The notes below the pieces were generated by a model that worked only from the letters and a program-made list of their open reading frames with translations, was not told the origin of the DNA and did not search any database. From an uncultured bacterium (GTDB lineage Bacteria; Babelota; Babeliae; Babelales; JACPOV01), in NCBI GenBank assembly GCA_963744715.1, contig CAVUUR010000006.1, forward strand, positions 160,001 through 224,000: a stretch of 64,000 nt of DNA, read 5' to 3'. Positions 1-9,420 of this stretch are shown piece after piece. The position numbers and the translations under genes are program-made. Numbering within the stretch: the first letter of the stretch is position 1; each line of letters opens with the position of its first letter.

Positions 1-4
1 ATGT

Positions 5-1009
5 TTAAAAAAGCTTAAATGTAATAAGATCAGTAGGCTGAGCTTTTAAATCTTGTATTTTATTTTTTTCTTCTTTTGGAAGAGTTGAATCTAAGTAGTC
101 CAGTAATGAACCCACTTGATTAGTCTGCTCTGTTAAAAACTGGTGAAGATTATTGCGTCCTTTGCTAGATTCGGTTTTTTATTTTATCAACGTTGTTAAA
201 TGCAATAAGTTCATTTATGGTTAGTACGGTTAGCGTTAATATCTCTTTGACGTAATGTCATCCACATATTCAGGATCAAAGCTTATAAACATTCCGCGCA
301 ATGCTAAATATTTTCTTTGCAAATACTTCATAACCTTGATAGTTGCAATCTAACAATACTTTGTCAAAAATTGGTTCCTGCACTTCCCTTAGCTGATAAG
401 AAGTTTGCTTGGCTAAATCGGAAGCCATTGCTTCATCTTGCTTTCCTGCTATAGCTTTCCACATACTGTATACCGGCACAGACGAATCAACTTTAGGTTT
501 TTTTTGATTTTTTAATATCACTCCCAAAGATTTTTGGACATCCTCACCGATTATTCTTCTTTCAATAAGAGTTTTTCGGCTAATGATTGGCTCGCGTTAG
601 ATGTTTCATTATCGCTACCTAGTATCATTGATACTGCTTTGCAAACATTCTGATTAGAAAATGCAAGCTTAAGCCTTGATTGGATTTCTGATTGTTCATT
701 AACTTTCGCCCATTGTAACAATAATTCAAAATTTTCAGGATTTAAGCCTGCATACTCAAAAATTTTTTCTTTGTTATAATCAAAAATATTACCAAAATTA
801 GGTATTCCAGTATTAGTTAATTCGACTGCACCAATATTCAAACCAACAACTTTACAACATAAATCTTGTAATGAATCCGGGTTTGCCACTGCCCCTTCAA
901 TCATACGCTCTTCTTTGATTCTTTTAGAAGAACTATCTATCTCCATCATTTCCATGGCCGCTACCGGCAAACTGCATAATAATACAGATAATAATAAATA
1001 TTGTTTCAT
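5..1009 (-). CDS. Signal-peptide orphan protein with BC-box-like motif, broken by about 3 indels (ORF pieces 551-1009, 276-527 and an open frame to about 5)
   Basis: Start MKQYLLLSVLLCSLPVAA-ME at 1009. Reading continues in another frame after LLLK (RIIGEDVQKSLGVILKNQ...). Contains PDSLQDLCCKVV. Confidence 0.55.
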
Positions 1010-1120
1010 AATAATCCCTAACCTTCGGTATATAAACATAAATAAGAAATTAACTATAAAAAATATAATACCATTATTTAAATAAAAAAACAAGGTGGTA
1101 ATTCAGAATGAAAACTATTA

Positions 1121-2647
1121 TTATAACGATATGCCTATTTTTGCCCATGCGCCCCAGGTGCGGAAGGCAGTATTTTGTTGTGGTGTCTCAAAGAAGGCGC
1201 CCAGGCCAATAAATGTTTCACAGCAGGAAACTGATAAGAATAGATTAGTTGCTACATGCCAACGATGAACGACTGCTGCTCGTGTTGACCCGGAAAGAAG
1301 GTCAAGGTCGAACTCTACAATTGGTATAAATGCCGGCTGACTATTAACCATATCATTAGGAGCCTGTTGCGCAATCGTACTTGCACTTGCCGTAGCACCA
1401 ACGTTAGTACCTGGCACTAACGTTCCATCTCCCGCAATACCAAAAACCGGCGGGAAGTGACGATGCAATTTAAGCATTTCATCACCATGTAACCACAGAT
1501 CATAGCCAGCTTCAAATTCAACAAAATCATTTTCATAACGAAAACCTACTGAAATATCTGCCATATTAAACGGTTTTACGCGTACTTTTCTGGTGAGAAT
1601 GTTAACCGCCGGAATATTTTTTCTACCATCAAGCGCATTGAGTAAAAGGTAGCGACTCCATGCTTTGCATTTGAGATCTAACGTACGCCATTGAATATTA
1701 CGCACCAAATACAAATTTTCTATATTAAAAAATAAGGCAAGCAAATATGGATCTTGGCAGCTGTTTAACGGAAATTGAAAGTTGACCCCCGTACCAAATA
1801 CAAAATGCCGATTATTACCAAGAAAAGGATTAAAAAGAAACTCAGCTTGTTGTGGTGCTGCCGTCGGTGCAGTAAATATGGTATAGGCACCAATCTGGAA
1901 TCCATCACGATTCATACATACGGTACCAAGTTTGAACACAATTTCGCTTAACCCCATTTTTTTATGAGATTTTAAGCTAATTTTGCCGAATTCCCAACTG
2001 TTTTGATTGAATGCTTGAAAAATAGTAGTTGGAAGGCCCGGTGTATCAGGACCGGTTTGAATAATATTCTGTCTTAATTTTGGATTATTTTCTATATACT
2101 GAATCGGCAATGCAAGTGCTATCCAAAAACCATCAAAAAAATCCGATTTAAATAATGTGGGAAATAGTTTTTGATGAAATTCAAGCCACAAACTAGCCTG
2201 ACGTTGCTGCGGATTTAATTGCATAGTACCAACAAAGTTTGATGGCAAATTAATCCATTCAGCACGAATATTACGCAACTGTGGATCTTGTGCCGCATCA
2301 CCTTTAACGATAATAATATTTTGTTTATTGATCATAAAATAACGCGCAACGTTATTTAAATGTGAGGTATGTTGATACATAGCAATTGCTTGGGCACTGC
2401 TACCCCATGGATCACACGGTTCATAAACAAAATCATGCCATGCTGTTTGTTGTGCAGCTAAATTTCTGTAAACGGGTCTGGTAAACATAAATGATTGGGC
2501 ATTTTTTTCAAAATGATTTGAAACAGCAGCAAACATTTGACGAGGATTAATATTTTCTGCAGGTGGAAATTCGACACAATTATCACCATACTGATTTGAT
2601 ACCGACATTACCACTAAAATCAATAACGTTATCATGCTTTTCTTCAT
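1121..2647 (-). CDS. Exported protein, probable outer-membrane beta-barrel
   Basis: N-terminal signal peptide, alternating hydrophobic/aromatic strand-like segments, C-terminus WGAWAKIGISL resembling a beta-signal. Confidence 0.55.
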   Translation of the reverse strand: MKKSMITLLILVVMSVSNQYGDNCVEFPPAENINPRQMFAAVSNHFEKNAQSFMFTRPVYRNLAAQQTAWHDFVYEPCDPWGSSAQAIAMYQHTSHLNNVARYFMINKQNIIIVKGDAAQDPQLRNIRAEWINLPSNFVGTMQLNPQQRQASLWLEFHQKLFPTLFKSDFFDGFWIALALPIQYIENNPKLRQNIIQTGPDTPGLPTTIFQAFNQNSWEFGKISLKSHKKMGLSEIVFKLGTVCMNRDGFQIGAYTIFTAPTAAPQQAEFLFNPFLGNNRHFVFGTGVNFQFPLNSCQDPYLLALFFNIENLYLVRNIQWRTLDLKCKAWSRYLLLNALDGRKNIPAVNILTRKVRVKPFNMADISVGFRYENDFVEFEAGYDLWLHGDEMLKLHRHFPPVFGIAGDGTLVPGTNVGATASASTIAQQAPNDMVNSQPAFIPIVEFDLDLLSGSTRAAVVHRWHVATNLFLSVSCCETFIGLGAFFETPQQNTAFRTWGAWAKIGISL

Positions 2648-2798
2648 TGATATTCCTTTTTAATAATGAAGCATTCCCTAAAGCTTAGGATAGCTTGCGC
2701 AGAAAAACAAGTGAGATGTACAATAAAATTTTATTGATAACCATCAATTACGCTCTTTTTTATGCATACTTTAGTTCTTTTTGGATACTATTCTTCCT

Positions 2799-2843
2799 CA
2801 ATACTATTTTTTTCATCCTGATGAACGCAAAAAAATAGTATTG
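2799..2843. repeat. 15-bp perfect inverted repeat in a divergent intergenic region
   Basis: caatactattttttt-N15-aaaaaaatagtattg. Confidence 0.7.
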
Positions 2844-3042
2844 CCAAGCTGCCCCAAACAATAATCAAAAAAATGGTTGTATAATTACCTATCAGAGGTT
2901 TTTGATAATCAAAACATGCTTCTATTATATTTTTTTATAAATTTTTTTTATGGAATCAAAGAATCGCAAGAGATTGCAAAATAACTGCGTTTTGTTTTAT
3001 GTTACTAGTAATACCTACCCTCATAACTCAGGAGTGGTTTAC

Positions 3043-4056
3043 ATGTCCCTATCAATAAGAAAAGTAATTACTACTATATTTGCCTTACTCATGCTAGGTT
3101 TTGTTATTATTTTTCATGAAATGGGTCATTTTTTTACCTGCAAATTATTTAACGTAGCAACGCCAGTTTTTTCCGTTGGATTTGGCCCTGCACTCATTCA
3201 TCGTACCATTGGTCAAACCAGATTTCAGCTTGCACTACTGCCATTGGGTGGTTACGTTAGCATTAATAATAAAGATCTTGATACAAAACCATACTGGCAA
3301 AAAATGGTGATTACCTTAGCGGGTATTTTTAATAATATTATTCTTAGTTTATTTCTTATTATTATTCTTTTTTTAATTAATCGCTCAATAATAGTACCGG
3401 TCATAGGCGATATAACATCCGGCTCACCCGCCGATAAAGCAGGATTGCAACGTAATGATAAAATTAGTATGGTTAATCATATACCATTACATAATACCAT
3501 GACGTTACTCATGCAGATTATTCAATCATCGCCCCATAAAAATATTACGTTGAGTATTACAAGAAACAATACACCGCTTGAAAAAGTAGTACATCTGGAA
3601 CGAACAATTTTTATGGGAACATCTGTCGGCTACTTAGGAGCTACTTTTTGCACCGATACCACACATACCAAATCATTCGGCACCAGCATCATGGAAGCAC
3701 TGCAAACAACAAAAGCATTAATCTATGAATATATTTTTTTATTAATAGGCTTATTTAAATCAACATCACCAAAACAGATTAAGGGCCCGTTAGGGATACT
3801 TGCCTTAACCAGCCAAAGCCTTTCACAAGGATTATCTTTTTTTCTCTTTTTTATAGCGAGCATCAGTATTCAATTGGGAATATTCAATCTTATTCCTATC
3901 CCACTCCTGGATGGCGGACAGGCCTTTGAATATACCCTTCAAGCAGCAACCGGCAATATGTTATCCTTTGAGGATGTCGCCCTTATTCATTACAGTATAC
4001 TGATACTCTGCATTCTGTTCATTATTTATATTAATAGAAAGCCCCGTACTACATAA
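3043..4056 (+). CDS. rseP: RseP-like M50 intramembrane metalloprotease with PDZ domain
   Basis: HEMGH, FSVGFGP, PLGGYV, SPADKAGL (PDZ) and NLIPIPLLDGG motifs. GGAG RBS before ATG 3043. Confidence 0.92.
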   Translation: MSLSIRKVITTIFALLMLGFVIIFHEMGHFFTCKLFNVATPVFSVGFGPALIHRTIGQTRFQLALLPLGGYVSINNKDLDTKPYWQKMVITLAGIFNNIILSLFLIIILFLINRSIIVPVIGDITSGSPADKAGLQRNDKISMVNHIPLHNTMTLLMQIIQSSPHKNITLSITRNNTPLEKVVHLERTIFMGTSVGYLGATFCTDTTHTKSFGTSIMEALQTTKALIYEYIFLLIGLFKSTSPKQIKGPLGILALTSQSLSQGLSFFLFFIASISIQLGIFNLIPIPLLDGGQAFEYTLQAATGNMLSFEDVALIHYSILILCILFIIYINRKPRTT

Positions 4057-4088
4057 TGGCGAACATGATTTATATCAATAATTCACCG

Positions 4089-5509
4089 TTATTTTTTTGC
4101 AAGAAGATTATCAATAATTAGTTCAAGAAAATTGTTGTTTTTTCCCGGCACATAACGCGCATGCCATTCAATTAAAAAACCTTTTTTTAACGCCATAGAA
4201 TGATAACCGGTAAGAATATAATTTTCTTGGGTAAATCTTAATGAGCAAAATTGTGCAGCATGAAATCCATAGAGATCCCCAGAAAATGCAGGGTTAGGTT
4301 TTGGGGCGAGGTCCCAAGTCTTAATAAATCCCTCACCACCACGCGCACCAATCTGCTGGCCATTATCATTAAAGGCGAGTGCATTAACTGATCCAAGATC
4401 ATGCGGCAATTGCGCGATAAATTTATTTTCTTGTACATTGTATAAGGCAATTTTTTCATTTTCTTTTTTGTTTCATACAATGCCATGGCGAGAATATGAG
4501 GATCAGTTGGGGCAAAAAGTGCTGAAGAAATCTCATAATCTCGTGAAAATTTAGTCCTTTCCGATGCGCCAGCACGAATAAACGTTTTTAATAAAGTACG
4601 CGTTGCCACATTCCATAATTTAACCGCACCATCAAAAGCAGCAGAGGCCAATAAAGAACCATCACTATTAAAACTTACGGTGTGCCCAAATCCCATATGT
4701 CTTCCCAACGTAGCTTCTTCTTTCCAGGTTTGTGTATTCCATAATTTAACCATTGCATCATCTGATGTACTTGCCAACAATGTTCCTTGTGGATTAAAAA
4801 CAACAGAAGTAACCGCATCTTCATGCTGGAGGCCTGCAACTTCTTTACTATCAAACCGATCATCTAATTCAAGTATCTTGATATTGGTAGTTTGTTTACC
4901 AAGAAAACCTACCGCAATAATATTATTATTTTTTGGATTAAAAGCTAATGATCGAATCGGTTTTTCAGTTACTTCTATTTCTTTAATTAATGATTTTTTA
5001 CTCCAGTCCAAAATTTGTAATGTACCATTATAATTGCCAACAACTACGATATTAGTACCTTGTGGATGTTGCACAATAACACTTGGATTATTTTCAGTTA
5101 ATATAACTGCACCAATATCTTTAAAATAATCCGGCTTTTTACTCATTATAGAGATAGCAAGGTAATCTTGAACCACATCTGCTGCTTTCCCCAATTGCTC
5201 AAGTACAGCAAAAAGCTCATCTTTATTTTGTTGTGTAACTTTTTCTATTATATAATCTGCATACTTATTTAGATCAATTTTTTTATAATCACGAGCTTCT
5301 ATGTGCGGTTTTAAATCATTAAACAATGATGCAAAAACAGAAATTGGTTTTGGTTTTACTGCTATTGGCAGCTGGGCAAGCATTGTTGAAAGTTCACGTA
5401 AGTTCTGATTGAGGAGTAATAAATTATCTTGTATATCCTGCAATGCTCCTGAGCAGGTATATTCATTACCAATGAGTACAAAAAATATTATAATCAGATA
5501 GCGCTTCAC
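4089..5509 (-). CDS. Secreted WD40-repeat protein with one frameshift near 4460-4470
   Basis: WD repeats (HEDAVTSVVFNPQGTLLASTSDDAMVKLWN; HTVSFNSDGSLLASAAFDGAVKLWN). The last repeat (HDLGSVNALAFNDNG...IKTWDL) lies in the overlapping ORF 4089-4409; the shift falls in an A-rich run. Confidence 0.85.
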
Positions 5510-5592
5510 TAAAACTCCTATTGCATATTTTGATAAAAAACGGTTATTTACCTAATCAAATAGCATATTCGATGCAATAAAAGCAATATAAA

Positions 5593-5629
5593 AAATAAAT
5601 GCTCACATGTATGCATGCGAGCATTTATT
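5593..5629 (-). terminator. Intrinsic terminator-like hairpin
   Basis: aataaatgctc...gagcatttatt stem downstream of the 5677-6165 gene. Confidence 0.6.
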
Positions 5630-5676
5630 ACATTACATAAGAAAATATCGTAATTATTTTTTTGCAGTTTTTTTCT

Positions 5677-6165
5677 TTAGTTCTTTGCTGTATAAATTGT
5701 TAATTGTGATTGAAATTCTTCATCAGTCGAAATATCAATATTTGTTCTACTGGTTAATGCATCTACAATGCTTGACACCACTTGAATTTTTGAACCATTA
5801 TTCAACGCTTCATTGCACAGTATTATTGAATAAATTGATAACTCTTTAAAAATTGGTACTAGCTTCACGCCTTTAGACTGGCTATACCGACCATATGCAC
5901 TAGCTGCACAATCGTTAAAAAAATCTGCTCTCCCTAAATAGGTAATATAATTTTTGCCATCTTCATTCACAAGCACCGCTTCCTGCATATTGCGCACAGC
6001 AAGAGTGCCGCAAAATTCAATAAATTTAGCATTATCCAAAGCATTAATTTTTGATTGTTGCCCTGATGTCAAGGCGATAGCATCAAATATTGACGTATTA
6101 TCTTGCATAGCTAAACAAGCATTAAGCACAGTGATAAAAAACAATAACATTAATTTTTGACTCAT
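5677..6165 (-). CDS. Signal-peptide hypothetical protein
   Basis: MSQKLMLLFFITVLNACLA-MQ, 162 aa, co-oriented in a cluster of four. Confidence 0.7.
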   Translation of the reverse strand: MSQKLMLLFFITVLNACLAMQDNTSIFDAIALTSGQQSKINALDNAKFIEFCGTLAVRNMQEAVLVNEDGKNYITYLGRADFFNDCAASAYGRYSQSKGVKLVPIFKELSIYSIILCNEALNNGSKIQVVSSIVDALTSRTNIDISTDEEFQSQLTIYTAKN

Positions 6166-6192
6166 ATTATACCTTTAGCGAACCTCAATTAC

Positions 6193-6657
6193 TTAACTAA
6201 AAAAAACACCATATTCTTCTGGTTCTAAATTTATACCGTCAAGATTAGCAATAATCAAGCTTTTCAAATCTACGGCTTGATCAATTACGCCAGCATCATA
6301 CAATATTTCATCACGCTGCACAACGTTTCTTAATATAGCAATTGCATGTTTTATTGCTTCAAATTTATTTTTATGTAAATTTTTCGCATCCTTAATAGCT
6401 GAGCTAGAGTAAAGAATTGATTTATGTGAAAAGTCTAATGCAATTTTCTTATAATTTTCGCTTGCAGCCAAATCGTTCTCAATGTACCGATTGTAAGCAT
6501 CATCAGCTAACTGATTGAATAATAAAGATTTTTCATACAAATTACCATAGCTAATTATATTGTAACCTTTATCGTTAATCACGTTAATTTCTAAATCTTG
6601 TTCCATAGCACAACAACTATGAACAAAAATGGATACTAAAAAAACTATTATATACAT
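6193..6657 (-). CDS. Signal-peptide hypothetical protein
   Basis: MYIIVFLVSIFVHSCCA-ME, 154 aa. Confidence 0.7.
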   Translation of the reverse strand: MYIIVFLVSIFVHSCCAMEQDLEINVINDKGYNIISYGNLYEKSLLFNQLADDAYNRYIENDLAASENYKKIALDFSHKSILYSSSAIKDAKNLHKNKFEAIKHAIAILRNVVQRDEILYDAGVIDQAVDLKSLIIANLDGINLEPEEYGVFFS

Positions 6658-6666
6658 ATGCTTTTC

Positions 6667-7671
6667 TTATCGTTGTAATTTTTGCTGTTGTAACTCTCTT
6701 GACGCATCAATATTTATAAAATCTTTGCAGAATTTTTCCAATCGTTCTTCAGGTATATTTTTTTCCAATGTATTTTCTACTATCCAATCACTCAATAATA
6801 TGCCCTCATTTAATAAATCCTTATTACGAGATGCGCTAATTTCCGATACACTGTCAAGTACTGAATTAAGATGTTTATCAATATCATCTTGATGATCTTG
6901 TTTCTTCAACGTTCTTATATACTTACTAAAACCGATATATGCCTGTTCTTGGACAGTCAAAAGCATCATAAATTTTCTTTCATCGTCAGGGGTCATTTTA
7001 CGTGAAAAACTATTTTTTCTTCCTCTCGTTCGTACCGCCGACTTATTCACAGATTTTACGTATTCTTTGAATTGCCCATCGCAAAATTGCGCAAGACTAT
7101 AAGGATTTAAGTCTTTGTCCTCCAACTTAATTGCTCGAGCAGCCTTTTTTGCAAATACCTTAAATTCATCATTATACTTTCTCACAAAATTAATAACTTC
7201 TTGATGGCAACTCGCATTCATTACCTTCTCTATACGAGTTTTAGTTTGAAGAAATTGTTCCCTATCTGACTTACATTTTTCAGAACTATTCAAAGCAACT
7301 GAATGGCGTATAAACCCCGATAAATTACCATTATTGTCCGCTATACCCTTTTCTTTAATTGCGGATAGCCTTAGCATAACTTCTAACAAACCTACCTTCT
7401 CATCATTATTTTCCATGGGTAGCGTTGGTGCTTCAGCAATATCCCCAGGATATTCAACCGCAGGCGACCTTAAGAAAACGTCCATACGTGCTTTCTGATC
7501 ATCATTATTACTTTTTATTGGTAATATCTCATTCTTTCTAATTTCATCCATTATTCGCGCAAGCACTACCTCGCCATCAGGATCTATTTGCTCAAGCTTA
7601 TCATTCTCCATGCCGAAACACTGCCCTACAAAAACAGCTGAAAACATTACAAATATAAATTTATTATTCAT
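6667..7671 (-). CDS. Signal-peptide hypothetical helical protein
   Basis: Likely start MNNKFIFVMFSAVFVGQCFG-ME at 7671, with AAGG upstream. Confidence 0.7.
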   Translation of the reverse strand: MNNKFIFVMFSAVFVGQCFGMENDKLEQIDPDGEVVLARIMDEIRKNEILPIKSNNDDQKARMDVFLRSPAVEYPGDIAEAPTLPMENNDEKVGLLEVMLRLSAIKEKGIADNNGNLSGFIRHSVALNSSEKCKSDREQFLQTKTRIEKVMNASCHQEVINFVRKYNDEFKVFAKKAARAIKLEDKDLNPYSLAQFCDGQFKEYVKSVNKSAVRTRGRKNSFSRKMTPDDERKFMMLLTVQEQAYIGFSKYIRTLKKQDHQDDIDKHLNSVLDSVSEISASRNKDLLNEGILLSDWIVENTLEKNIPEERLEKFCKDFINIDASRELQQQKLQR

Positions 7672-7824
7672 AAATACCTTTATTAAAAACATATTATATA
7701 CTACAAAACAATTCATAGCATAACTGAAAATGAAATAAAGTAAATATAATAAAAAAACCTTTACTGGCAAATTTATTGTATATTTTTGCACAAGAGAAAA
7801 TATTTTGAAGGATAAAAATATTCG

Positions 7825-9243
7825 TTATTTTATTATACCTTGAGCATGCAAAAATGTATTGAGATCCCCATACTCTACAGATTCCGTCATATCTTCTATT
7901 CTTAGGCGATATTCAATATCAGTAAGGATTGCGCCAATTTCAGGCGATTTCGTTGCCGAATATGCTTTTTGATACTCTTGCGCCGATTGAGCAAACATTA
8001 GCATATAATATTCACGAACCTTGGCTCGTTTAGTTTCCTCAGTTCGTTCAGCTTTCTCATCAACTTCTTTTTCACCGATAATTTTTTCATATTGCTTGCT
8101 TACTTGCTCATCGATAGTTTTTTCATACTTTTCTTTTAATTGCTCAGCGATAATATATTGCGTATATGCCCTTTGTTTACAATCATACCCAGATACAAGA
8201 TTATTATCCTTAATGTATACATAGGCCTGCGCAATCTTGCTCAGCAATGTTGTATCAACATGAGTATCTTGCCAAAAAAAAGCTGGAGGGGTCATTTCTA
8301 GTTCGAAAATTTTTTGAAGCAACCGTTGACCATCCTTGGATTCAGCCCCCATAAGATTTTCGACGGCATTCAGAACTGAACAATAGGTATGCTGCTTACC
8401 TAGGGGTGTAGCAAAAAAATCTTTAGCCCTTTGAATAGTGCCACTAAGCTCAACAGAAAAAAGATTGCCCGTTAAAAATTGTTTATATTCTTCCTGGCTG
8501 AGCAACGTTACTTTTTTTTGTAATGTTTCAAAATTTTTTTGATCTTTTTCTTTAATCGCCAACAATGTCTTAATAGATTTTAAGGCAGCAAGACTGGTGT
8601 AGTATCTGGCCTCCAAAGGCAATTCAACCTCAGAACAGGCAGTACTTAATGCATCGATAAGCCCTGAAGAAAATTTATTATCTTCTAAAAGAGCTGTATA
8701 TTCATCCCTACTTAATAACGTTGCTTCTTCTTTTAATAATTCAAACGTTGTTTGATCTTTTTCTTTAATTTCTAATAATGTCTTAATAGATTTCAATGAA
8801 GCGAGACAAGTATAAATTTTGGCACTTTCTTGATTCCCAAGTTTCTCATAGGCCTTACTTAATGAAGTAATAAGTTCTGGTGTAATAAAATCATCATCCT
8901 TATACACGATATTAGGATATTTTTTATTAAGCTCCTCAAACGCTTCTACTGCGCGCTCTACAGAGTCATTATTTTTAAGATTAACCAACGTTTCAACTTC
9001 CATTAATGCCCTTTTAAGAGCATCTTTATCCGTTTTATACGTATCATTGCTCAAACTTCCACGGTTAACTTCTGGACTTTTAATTTCCTTTTTCCGAGAA
9101 AATAATTTGAACCCACTTTTAGTTTTGGTTGGATTAGCCTCAAAAATTTTTTTGTTATCTTTTGTTACAGAAGTAATTTCCATTGCACTGCAACGGCAAT
9201 CAAGAAAAAATAATGGAAGCAGTAGTAATATTTTGTAATTCAT
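7825..9243 (-). CDS. Signal-peptide protein with about 71-aa internal helical repeats
   Basis: MNYKILLLLPLFFLDCRCSA-ME. LKSIKTLLxIKEKDQ occurs twice, 213 nt apart. Confidence 0.75.
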   Translation of the reverse strand: MNYKILLLLPLFFLDCRCSAMEITSVTKDNKKIFEANPTKTKSGFKLFSRKKEIKSPEVNRGSLSNDTYKTDKDALKRALMEVETLVNLKNNDSVERAVEAFEELNKKYPNIVYKDDDFITPELITSLSKAYEKLGNQESAKIYTCLASLKSIKTLLEIKEKDQTTFELLKEEATLLSRDEYTALLEDNKFSSGLIDALSTACSEVELPLEARYYTSLAALKSIKTLLAIKEKDQKNFETLQKKVTLLSQEEYKQFLTGNLFSVELSGTIQRAKDFFATPLGKQHTYCSVLNAVENLMGAESKDGQRLLQKIFELEMTPPAFFWQDTHVDTTLLSKIAQAYVYIKDNNLVSGYDCKQRAYTQYIIAEQLKEKYEKTIDEQVSKQYEKIIGEKEVDEKAERTEETKRAKVREYYMLMFAQSAQEYQKAYSATKSPEIGAILTDIEYRLRIEDMTESVEYGDLNTFLHAQGIIK

Positions 9244-9351
9244 AGCAATCCTTTTGATGTAATAAAAAAACAAAAAATGGTTCCTTAATCTCTATTATGT
9301 ATAAAAATTAGTCTGTAGCGGTAGTGTACCAAGAATTGCTATAAAGTACAT

Positions 9352-9391
9352 AAAAAAGAGCGCAAACTACTTATTAGTTATGCGCTCTTTT
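9352..9391 (-). terminator. Intrinsic terminator after nrdB
   Basis: aaagagcgca...tgcgctcttt stem with a T-tract on the minus strand. Confidence 0.75.
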
Positions 9392-9420
9392 AATTAACAT
9401 CACGATAAAATATTTTCTAT

